DNA of 64,000 nucleotides from Hamiltosporidium tvaerminnensis FI-OER-3-3 (lineage: Eukaryota; Fungi; Microsporidia), in NCBI GenBank assembly GCA_022605425.2, contig CM061256.1, forward strand, positions 248,001 through 312,000, in the 5' to 3' direction. Of this stretch, positions 1-9,443 are shown in pieces. A program made the translations under genes and the position numbers. A model generated the notes under the pieces. The model saw only the letters and a program-made list of their open reading frames with translations, was not told the origin of the DNA and did not search any database. Position 1 is the stretch's first letter; each line of letters opens with the position of its first letter.

Positions 1-683
1 AAAAACATTGTTGGGCTACCTATGAAAAAATTAGAGCCACAGATGGATTTTCTGTTCGCAGGGACAAGGCTGTAACTGGAACAAAATTGAAATTAAACGG
101 AAAACTACCAAAATTTCAGAACATAAATGACTACAATTCGGTTTTAAAAGAAAAAATCGATCTATTTTCGACACTTAAAAAAAATTATTTGATAAAAGCT
201 TATTGGAGATTCAAAAGTAGGGTAGCCGAAAATAAAAATCAAAAAATTAATACAGAAGTATATTATTTTCAATTAGAAGCATTTTATTCGAATTGTATTC
301 AAGAGTTGAATAAATCAACAGACCTGGATTTCATTAATCTAATTTCAAAAAAAGTTTATTCAATAGAATATAAATCACATTGTGAAGGATCTTTTGATTC
401 TACTCATTATAATAGAGAGATTACCATTTATTTTAGTTGGCATCATATGCGAAGTTATTTTCGATTTTATCGTGAAGAAAACTCTACGAAATATATTTTC
501 AAATCTTCTCTTTTTGACCATTTTGAATTGTTTGAAATGATTGTTGATGGATATCTGAACATAACTGATGTAAAAGATAAAGTTAAAAAAAATATAATAT
601 TAAAAAAGGGATTAATTATCGATAGGTATGAAAATATTTGCCATGAGTTTTTAAATGAGCTTTGTTGTCGAATGGGTATGTAA
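1..683 (+). CDS. 3' part of a ~419-aa putative secreted hypothetical protein (5' end outside the window); inverted duplicate of 28232..29490
   Basis: ORF 87..683 is nearly identical to the C-terminal part of the 28232..29490 protein. There is a 1-nt deletion at ~47 (atggattttct vs atggaattttct in the other copy). Confidence 0.75.
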   Translation, partial: KHCWATYEKIRATDGFSVRRDKAVTGTKLKLNGKLPKFQNINDYNSVLKEKIDLFSTLKKNYLIKAYWRFKSRVAENKNQKINTEVYYFQLEAFYSNCIQELNKSTDLDFINLISKKVYSIEYKSHCEGSFDSTHYNREITIYFSWHHMRSYFRFYREENSTKYIFKSSLFDHFELFEMIVDGYLNITDVKDKVKKNIILKKGLIIDRYENICHEFLNELCCRMGM

Positions 684-1878
684 ATAAACGAGTTTATTAA
701 ATATTTTTTCTTTCTAATTTGTACATTGAATTTAATTCCTAATTCACATTTGGAAAGGCTAGCTAGCGATGCATTTGAGAATTATCTTCATAATAAGTAT
801 TTGCTTAAAAATCTTGTAACTAAAATCAAAAAATACATTTTTTAAGAATATCTGTAGTTACAATAATTATTTTGTAGCTGATTGATTGGATAATAGTTTA
901 AGCGCTGATGTTTCATTTTATGTTCGAAAAAGACAGTTTGCTAATAATCGATACATAATTTTTCTTATAGTAATTGTTTTAAATCGATTTACATCAAGTT
1001 TATAAAAACAAAAAATTATGTGCAACTCTAAGAAAAATTAATTAAGTCTTATGTTACACTATCAATCAATTTTTTAGTTGAGCAGTATAAAGGGAAATAA
1101 AATAGTTATTTACGAGAATTAAGCATAATTTAATTCCTCTTGTTACACAAGTATTTGGACTTTTTAATAATTTTTTTATTTAACTCTAGACATACCTTGA
1201 GCTTAACATGATTAAATAGCGAATTAAATTCTCTAAAGGTATTCAGGTTGCTAGTTATTTTGGATTTAAATAAATTCTAAGGTTTCATATTAAATGAGTT
1301 AAAATGTACATCTTGGTATTTTTTATGTAAAATCTGTTTATTACTATTTCAAACCTCTGTGATTCTACAAATTAAAATTGATACTTAAGCATAGTCTTGA
1401 TGAAATTTGATACTTAATCAATAAAAAATAAATCTGAATAATTTTTAAAATACTCACTTGTTTTTTATGAGCATTTACGAATGTATTTTTATGATTTATT
1501 AGATCTAAGTTTTTTTTTCTGTATTTCGTTTCATATTTAACAATCAAAATATGTAATTAAGAAATTCTTACTTTTAAATACGTATTTTTAATTTTTTAAT
1601 GAATATATTTTTTTATTAGGAATTAGTAATATATTTTTATTTTTGTTATAGATTTTAAATCCTTTCTAAATTTTTTTAATTAAACATCTATAAAATGCTA
1701 TAATTTTAACCAAAAAATATAACAAAAGAAGTAAATTTCTATTATTTTAACATTAAATAACTTTTAAGTGTTGTTTTTACTGATCTTTATTCTAGTTCTA
1801 AAACCGATAAGCTTCTGATCGATTCTACTGAAATTATAATGCAGAATCTCATATTGATGTATTTATCTAAATAGATTT

Positions 1879-2116
1879 TCCCTAACAATGCTAGGAACAG
1901 AATTGGCTTAGAGTATTCTTTGCTTGTCGTAGGAGGCGACTAAAAGTGACTGATCTTCAAGTTTGGAATTGGGCGTAGGGCTAACAACCTACCCTCTAAA
2001 AACACCTTGTTACAGAACCCGAAAAAGTAAGCAACCCTACTGGAAAAAAGCGGGGGGGGGGGCAGTATTACCGAGAGCGGCCAAGGATCTTACAGGGTTG
2101 TACTGCCGATGATGAA
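1879..2116 (+). mobile_element. SINE-like non-autonomous RTE derivative, family A
   Basis: GC-richer 240-bp island with homologues at 26806..27039 and 50492..50721. It contains gggctaacaacc...tgttac, as in the RTE 5' region near 54500, and ends in ccgatgatga like the RTE tail at 51571. Confidence 0.7.
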
Positions 2117-2265
2117 TTGATTGGATTTTTGCGATATTAATCGACTATAACATTGAAATAATTTTCTTGCCTAAGGAACGCGTCTTAAAACTATTTCATT
2201 GTAATATTTTATGTTTTATATCATATGTTTTATGTGAGGATTTGGATTATTTTTAAGTTTCTTTA

Positions 2266-2490
2266 AGGTGGAGGAGGATAATAACATAAAAACTATCTGC
2301 TTGGCATTGAGTGTGAGAATTAGTGGGGAAATCATTGTTAACATTTTTTGAGACATACACTAAATGGATCAATAGACCAATCCCCTATAATCTCGAGTTA
2401 TAACTGATTAAAGAAACAGATGGAAAACTTTCAATTGGTTATCTTCGAACGGAAAGCTAACAGAGGAGTATAATATGTATTAAGTAATTA
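2266..2490 (+). mobile_element. SINE-like element, family B (shared head H plus RTE-type tail)
   Basis: Homologous to 41797..42020. Head is ataaaaactatctgcttggcattgagtgtg; ends in agaggagtataa...taagtaa. Confidence 0.65.
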
Positions 2491-3473
2491 AGTTTCTCTA
2501 TGAAACATTTTAATTTTATAAACTTATTTTTAGGTTTTTTCGAGATTATAAGCCAAACCGAACTGATTAAAAAGGATTATTTTATGAAATTTTTCTTGTA
2601 TTTAGAAATTTCACACTAGTTATTTTCTTAAGCTTTTGGGCATTTCAAAACTTCAAGTCTTTTTTTGTCAGAATCTTTATTATCTATACTAATTTATCAG
2701 CCATAATGCAAATAGCCCTTAACGGCTTAAATTTCACGTGGTAATATTATTAGCAACAGAAATAATCTATATAAAGAGATTTAAAATTTATATTTGTTTT
2801 TTGTCATAATAATTACTATCTTCGTTTATTTTTAATAAGATAAATGCAAATAAAATCCAAAACAATTAAAGATTGTTTTAATATTGTATTGTTCTTTTAT
2901 AATGAGAATGAAAGTATATATTAAGACCATCTACACGGTGATATACATCTAGAATCTGTATGTAAATCAATTTTGATTTATTAGTGTATCAATTACACTA
3001 AAACCATGAGAAAGTACATTCCCTACAATTCTAAGTTATGATCTTACAAGAAAAACTATAAATTGTGAACAATTTTAAGATCAACAACCTGAAATAAAAA
3101 TTAGACTATAATTATGAAATATAAAACATAAGAAGCACTACTAAGATATTAGCAGAAAACGGTGAACATTGAAATATTTCGAATTTTGAACCATTTTACG
3201 TGTAATAAGAATAAAACAAGGAATGATAAGAAATTAACAGAGTAAGACTTTGGAATTTATATCTAAAAAGCTTGACACAGGTATAAAAAAAGCCAGGAAT
3301 AAATATATAAGTTAAAACTTATAATATTGCAAAATATATTATCTATAAACACATTTACATGGATTTTTTTAATCCACAGAAAAAAACCAAATGCTTGTTA
3401 TAATTTTCATTTTATTGAAATAATATAATTATCTACTTAATTACCTTATTTATAAGTGTTTTATACATCTAAA

Positions 3474-4106
3474 AATAACAGACCGGACATATTAATTTTA
3501 GATAAGAAGAAGAATAAGATAACACTCATTGAAGTAGGAATCACTTCCCAAGATTCACTTCAAATAGTTGAAACTGAAAAACTTAGGAAGTATGACCTGC
3601 TAGCCAATGAGTTGGGTCTTATTTATAGGTGTGGTGTTGAGATAATCCCTTATGTGATGACCTGGGACGGTATTGTGACAAAATACCATAAATCTCATTT
3701 TAAAAGACTAGAAATACCCATGAATTTAGAGGCATACATTCAGTCTATAGTACTTAAGAAAACAGTCGAAACAATTTCCTTTGATCGACGAAGAGGACTT
3801 GAGTCAGGACTAAATGCCGAAGAGAGCTGGGAGAGAGCGTCAATGGGTGTTATTATGAGATCAGAGATGCATGAGGAACCAATACCCCCTTTAAAAGAAG
3901 CGAAAAGAGAGGAAGATGGTGTTAAAATTTTAAAACCAAAAAATAATACACCCCTTATTTCACAAGGAGGAACCACCTTGGAGGAACCGACCAATAACAT
4001 AAATGAAGAGTCGGATTTGGAAGAAGAGACAATAGTGGTTAAAGAGGTAGAAGAAAACATATAAAAATGTTAAAAATATTTTAACCCAGAATTTTATTAA
4101 ATAAAA
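3474..4106 (+). mobile_element. 5'-truncated R4/Dong-like RLE retrotransposon (endonuclease end only)
   Basis: Encodes RPD..ILD..LIEVG..EKLRKYDLL and has the canonical 3' end ttttaacccagaattttattaaataaa. Degenerate TSD at 3461..3478 and 4107..4124. Absent from the right arm (empty site ~25450..25470). Confidence 0.92.
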
Positions 4107-4337
4107 TTATACACCCAAACATAATTCTGACCATTTAAGTTTTTTTTGATACGCAAATTTAATTCGTAAATTAAAATACTTTATAATATTTGAAGGAATA
4201 AAGAATACTCATCCGAAGAGTATTCAGGCTCTTTCTTTTTAAAATATGAAAATTGTTATTTTAAATATAAAATTCTATTTTATTTTTATTAATACAACTG
4301 CTCAAATATTTGTTTAAAAAAATCCGATAAAATTTAA

Positions 4338-4894
4338 ATGGAAAATATTGAAAAACAGAAGAATACTTTATATATATCGAATATAAATCAAAATATGAAT
4401 ATAAAAGAAATAAAAAGAAGACTTTGGATTATGTTTTCTCGATTTACTAAAATTAAAGACATTTCGATAAGCAACCGTTTAAAAATGCGTGGACAAGCTT
4501 TTATTTCTATTGAAGAATCAATTCATGTTGAGAAATGTATAGAAATGACACATGGAAGATATTTCATGGGGAAAAGACTTATAGTTCAATACGCTTTACA
4601 TGAAACAGGAAGAAAAAAATCAGATTCTACAAATAAGCTAAAAAAACAGATTCAAAATGATATCAATCCCACAAAAACACTTGTAATTCGTAATTTTGAC
4701 AAATCTATCGGGTTAAATGATATTATAAAAATATTTTAGAGTCTAAAGGATACCTCACTGTTAGATACGTTTCTGTTAAGCAAATAGCTTTTATAGATTT
4801 TGATACGCCAGAAAATGCACTCATGGCTTATAAAAATCTTTTTATTTCTATTTTTGAAACATTTGGACACCAAATCGAATTAAAATTTTTATAA
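4338..4894 (+). CDS. U1A/U2B''(SNF)-family two-RRM spliceosomal protein, copy 1; 1-nt deletion at ~4737
   Basis: NTLYISNIN...MFSRF...KMRGQAFI signature. Spans 557 nt versus 558 nt for the intact copy at 24678..25235, so it is either a pseudogene or a consensus error. Confidence 0.8.
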
Positions 4895-5279
4895 TTTATC
4901 CACTCAGATAATTTATCTTAGATTTACCAATTTATATATTTCTTTATTTATCCCAAGCAATTTAATTTATTATAAAATAAATTAATTTTTTTAATAATCA
5001 TTGCATTTATTAGATTAGATAATGCTGAAATGTTTCTTTGTAAATTCTTTTATTTTTTGGACAAAATTGCATCAAATATCATAGAGAGATCATAAATCAA
5101 GAAACAAAATAATTAACATATTTCAAGTACTTATTCAAAAAATTCTTTTATAATTCTGAATCTTTGCGTAAACAAACCGAGAGCATTATTAGTACAATTA
5201 TTTATTAAAAATATAAATCACCATCTTAATTTATTACAAAAAACCAAAAAAGGAGCAATATTTTAGGTACATCTCATAC

Positions 5280-5850
5280 TGAATGGTAGAATGCATCACT
5301 CACTAAGTTTTTTATTTTTAAACAAAACTTCTAACTTAATATAATTTCAAATCTTTAAAACAAATAAGGATCAATATGTCAAGAAGTTCTTATAAAGTGG
5401 ATGCAAAAATATCAGTAAACACAAAATAAAAACAGATGTCAAAGTCCGAATACAGAATAAAATATATTTATTTTAGCATAAAATAAGAAATGTTACACTT
5501 TGAGGTGGTAAGAATGCATCACGAGATTGGTTTAAATCTTGTGGATGAACAACTAAGGAAGCAAGGCTTATTGGCTAATTGATAAGGTTTTATTCATATG
5601 ATTGGTTGTGATATAATCATTTGTTGATAAATTTGCATGTTATTTTAACTAAATACCAAGGTTTTACCTTACAAGACTCCATATATAAATAAAAACATAA
5701 GCAACCTCAATTTTAATGCTAAAAAAATAATTCTTTTAATCGATATTGGTCGTTGAAGAGGTTGCTTCCAGACCAAATTTCATTTTTTTAAATAAAGAAT
5801 TACTAATGAATATTAGGAAGTGATATGCATGAACATTCTGTAACTCACTA
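5280..5850 (+). mobile_element. Ancient degenerate relic of the RLE retrotransposon 3' region
   Basis: aaaataaaaacagatgtcaaagtccgaa (IKTDVKIR-like), aactaaggaagcaaggcttattggctaat (LRKYDLLAN-like) and aactaaatacca (TKYH-like) occur in the expected order. Confidence 0.65.
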
Positions 5851-6188
5851 TAGACCATGCAATGGGAAATAATGTTCTAAAGAATCAACCATCAAACCGT
5901 GGTCTTAATAATTTGTCTAAACCAACAGATATCGAAGTAGAAAATCAAAAAAATAGTACCTTAAGTCTAATTCGAAAAAAAATTTCAATAAAAACTAAAG
6001 GAGGTAGAATGAGACGAGCGAAAGTGCCAAAAAAAACCAAATATCAATCGTTTTTCTTTTTATTTTAATTTTTACTCAATATTTTAATTTTGCTAAGAAT
6101 ATAAATCTGGTATAAATACATGAAAAAATATTTTTAGCAAAACTTTTTGTGAAAAAAACGAAATATAAAAAATTATATTGACATAAAT

Positions 6189-8555
6189 TTATTTCACTTT
6201 GACATTGCTCTCACTAAGATATCTAGAAAAAACCATGTGATTCTTTTCGTTATTGCTATCTAAATTATGAATTAGGCTTATAGGTAGAGAAAATATACAA
6301 TTGTTTATTTTTAGCAAATCGAATTCAGAAAATTTAAATGATAACTCTTTTAATTTTCTAAATCTTTTCAAGCCTTTAAAATCATCATTTTTCATACCAA
6401 TTACCCAAAATTCTAAAGTTTTTAAACTTTTAAAAAATTCACATTCATTGAGGAAATTTAGGAAAGTGTAATTCTGAAATTTACAACCAAAAAGATTCAA
6501 TTCTTTTAAAATTTTAAACCCAGTTATTTTATTAATATCATTGGAATCTAGTGTGCTGAACCGATAAGAAAGTGTTTTTAAACTTAAAGCGCTTTTTGAA
6601 TTTAGCATTGAAATATAACCCGTTCGAAATCCACAACTAGATATACTTATAAATTCCAGTGACTCTAACTTAGATAACATATCAAAACCCTGTGTAAATA
6701 TATAACAAGGATTTCGCAAGGATAACCTATTTATATTTTTTGACAAAAAATCAGCGGATTCATAATATACATCAGGATTAGAAATACTAATATCCAACGA
6801 TAATTGGATTAGGTTTTCACACTTAAATATCTCTTTTAAACAATCTGAACTTAAAACAACATTTTTTAGCGAAAGTTCAGTTATGAATCTATGACTCTGA
6901 AAAAACAGAATCAATATAATCTCATTATTAAGAAAAATATTTTGCAAATTTAGACTTTTTAGCTTTAACTTATCGGGTAAAAAGTCATAGGGTTTGGTAT
7001 TATCCTCATATCGACATAATTCTAAACACTCCAGGTCTTTCATAGAATCTATAGCTTGATATAGTAACATAACATTATCATTACTAATTCTATATCCATC
7101 AAGTGTCAAGGTTCTTAGATATTTAAAGTATATTAAGGAAAGCAAAAAATTTATCTCGAGTTCTGAATAATTGAACCTGATTTCAAGATGAAAAAAATTG
7201 ATTTTGGAGGTCGTTATTTTTACAAATTCATCTAAAAAACTTTTTTCTGAATTTAAATCACTAAAGTGAACTATTATTTTATTTAAATTTGCTTTTTGAA
7301 AAAAATGTTTCCACCATAGAGAGTTTATAAAAACAGAACGGAAATCAATAAATTCTAATTTTTCATAGAAATTCGACCAATCATCAAAAGAAGAAGTATA
7401 TTCGTGTAATTTTACTGCTCTTAAAACCAAACCTCTAAGTTTTTTTTCATTAAATATATTCATAAAATTAAATCCATAAGTCTTAGTATTTTCCAACCTT
7501 AGGAACTCAATATTATTATTTATATTCCTTAGTGTATAGCATAACAAATCAGGCGAAGTAGGAAGTCTGACATTTGAAAGAGTTATCGAAGTAAAACTAG
7601 GTATAGATAAAACAATAGGCGCAAAATCATCAGAAGGAATCATATCACTTATAAAATTATTTAGTATTAAAGATTTTATATTTAAATCGTTGAATATAAT
7701 TCTTAGAATATTATGGTTACAGAAATCTTTCAAAATATTTTCTAGGCTAATAAATATTTTAAAACTATTTATTAATAAGTTTTTTTGAGGAATATCATTG
7801 TCTAAAAGTGAAACATCGTAATCTTCATTGTGTTTATCATATAATATTAGATTACCATCGTAAAAATCGCCTTTTATCATTAATTTATTTAAAAATCCTA
7901 ATATTAGTTTTCTTTTAATATTTAAATCCACGTCGGCAAAAAAATCACAACTAAGTATTTCTTCTATGTGTAAATAATGATTTTTGAGCATTAAAACGTT
8001 GATAATTTCATCATACAGGTTTTCTGGTATCAAGGCTTGAAGAAATTTGGCAAGGTTTTGATTTTCCACTGCCTTCAGATGCTTCAACATAATCAGTATA
8101 CATTTGAATTGATACCCATTTAATAGATTAGAGACAATGGATATGTCTTTAGTCAATCTTAAATAGTAAGATAAATCATAGTTACATTTAATTATCCCAA
8201 TCTTATATTCATTTTCTGGTTTATTATATAATAGTATATTGTTAAATAGTTCAAAATCTACAAAGTTTTCATTATTATAGATAAAAAAAGGTTGTGTATC
8301 GTCATCCAAATCCTCATATGAACCTGTTATAATTTTTAACTCGTAATCCCCATAACTTACATATTCCGAAAAATTTTGTTCATATTTATTCTCAAAAAAT
8401 AAAATTTCGAAATTTTCATTTGTTTGAAATCTAATTGTACTGTTTCGAGATCTAACGTTACCGATTATTTTTGCGCTAAATAATACATAAATTAAATCAT
8501 ACAACAATTTGAATCGAACAACGTCGGTTGCAGTTAATATTCTTTTTATTAGCAT
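6189..8555 (-). CDS. 788-aa leucine-rich-repeat family protein with hydrophobic N-terminus
   Basis: Intact ORF with repeated LxxLxL motifs (LRTLTLD, LECLELC, LKSLNLQ, LEFISIS, LKELNLF, LKELSFK). Paralogous to 18602..20958 and 38806..41160. Confidence 0.85.
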   Translation of the reverse strand: MLIKRILTATDVVRFKLLYDLIYVLFSAKIIGNVRSRNSTIRFQTNENFEILFFENKYEQNFSEYVSYGDYELKIITGSYEDLDDDTQPFFIYNNENFVDFELFNNILLYNKPENEYKIGIIKCNYDLSYYLRLTKDISIVSNLLNGYQFKCILIMLKHLKAVENQNLAKFLQALIPENLYDEIINVLMLKNHYLHIEEILSCDFFADVDLNIKRKLILGFLNKLMIKGDFYDGNLILYDKHNEDYDVSLLDNDIPQKNLLINSFKIFISLENILKDFCNHNILRIIFNDLNIKSLILNNFISDMIPSDDFAPIVLSIPSFTSITLSNVRLPTSPDLLCYTLRNINNNIEFLRLENTKTYGFNFMNIFNEKKLRGLVLRAVKLHEYTSSFDDWSNFYEKLEFIDFRSVFINSLWWKHFFQKANLNKIIVHFSDLNSEKSFLDEFVKITTSKINFFHLEIRFNYSELEINFLLSLIYFKYLRTLTLDGYRISNDNVMLLYQAIDSMKDLECLELCRYEDNTKPYDFLPDKLKLKSLNLQNIFLNNEIILILFFQSHRFITELSLKNVVLSSDCLKEIFKCENLIQLSLDISISNPDVYYESADFLSKNINRLSLRNPCYIFTQGFDMLSKLESLEFISISSCGFRTGYISMLNSKSALSLKTLSYRFSTLDSNDINKITGFKILKELNLFGCKFQNYTFLNFLNECEFFKSLKTLEFWVIGMKNDDFKGLKRFRKLKELSFKFSEFDLLKINNCIFSLPISLIHNLDSNNEKNHMVFSRYLSESNVKVK

Positions 8556-8640
8556 TTCTTAATAGACATGGGCTGGTAAAAAGTTTTACTAAAATGATTA
8601 TTTAATCATAGAAATACATTTAATATTTTGATAAAATATT
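8556..8640 (-). promoter_or_regulatory. Microsporidian-type core promoter (AT-rich tract plus CCC motif) of the LRR gene
   Basis: The minus strand reads tttaccagCCCatgtctattaagaaATG and is homologous to 14690..14767. Confidence 0.55.
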
Positions 8641-9206
8641 TATTTAATATATTTCTAGATTATAAAATTTCTAATTTTTTAATGATTTTTTCACTATTTC
8701 AACCAATCTCACGGTCTTCCCATAAATCTTACGCTTTATTTCATGAATATTGTCGTTCTTAGACATGGTTATGGCATCTAAAATAAGAAGTAAGATGTTT
8801 TTTGTACTTGTCTGTTTGCACCATTTTTCTCATGTTTACTCGCTTTAAAAGGATTTTGGTTGTTTATGCATCTCAGCTCTTTTAATAACACTAATGACAC
8901 ACTCTTAAAGTTATATTTTGATAAAATATCTATTATTATTTGTCCGAGCCCATAATACCCCCATCTCCTTAGTGCCCGTTACTTCTAAAACATCCCCCCT
9001 TTATTATGAATATATTTATAACGTCAATATTTTCTATTCATTCATCTTTAAACGCACCCAGACTAAAATATAAAGTATTTTGTTTCTAAATACAATAAGG
9101 ATCAGTTAAAATAAATGTTTTAAACTTTTAATTTTATGTTTCATTACAAATTATTTATCTTTATAATTTTAAAAATAAAAACGTATTCTTTTATGTTAAC
9201 ATTTCT

Positions 9207-9405
9207 GAGAATAAGATGTTGTTAAAATTTAGAAACAAAAAATAATACACCCCTTATTTCAGAAGGAGGAACCAGGTTAGAGGACCGACGATAAATATAA
9301 ATGAAGTGTCGGAGTTGGAAGAAGAAACAACTGTGGTAAAGGAGGTAAAGAAAATGCATAAAAACCGTAAAACTACTTTAACCCAGAATTTTATTAAATA
9401 AATAA
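9207..9405 (+). mobile_element. ~200-bp 3' fragment of the RLE retrotransposon with a 10-bp TSD
   Basis: Diverged match to the element 3' end with an intact tttaacccagaattttattaaata terminus. taacatttct flanks it at 9197..9206 and 9406..9415. Confidence 0.8.
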
Positions 9406-9443
9406 TAACATTTCTTGTTTTAAAAATAACACATATTTTAGCT

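Larger units (their letters stand above)
1..8640. repeat. Left arm of a large inverted duplication (continues beyond the window start)
   Basis: Position 1 matches the reverse complement of 28914. Segment 1..5598 is highly similar to 23970..28914. Segment 5600..8640 is diverged but homologous to 18590..21568 plus 14690..14767. Confidence 0.9.

Noticed and set aside
2052-2062. G run as a functional motif
   Set aside because: Absent from the duplicate arm and from the 50492 copy; likely local slippage or a base-calling artefact.
3740-4060. Recurrent 106-aa antisense ORF (also 9490..9810 and 18204..18524) and 109-aa antisense ORFs inside the RT
   Set aside because: Ser-rich shadows of the Glu/Lys-rich sense frame; they recur only because the element copies are near-identical.
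4995-5075. U1A autoregulatory element (two ATTGCA motifs downstream of U1A)
   Set aside because: Not the full AUUGCAC, and neither motif is kept in the arm with the intact gene.
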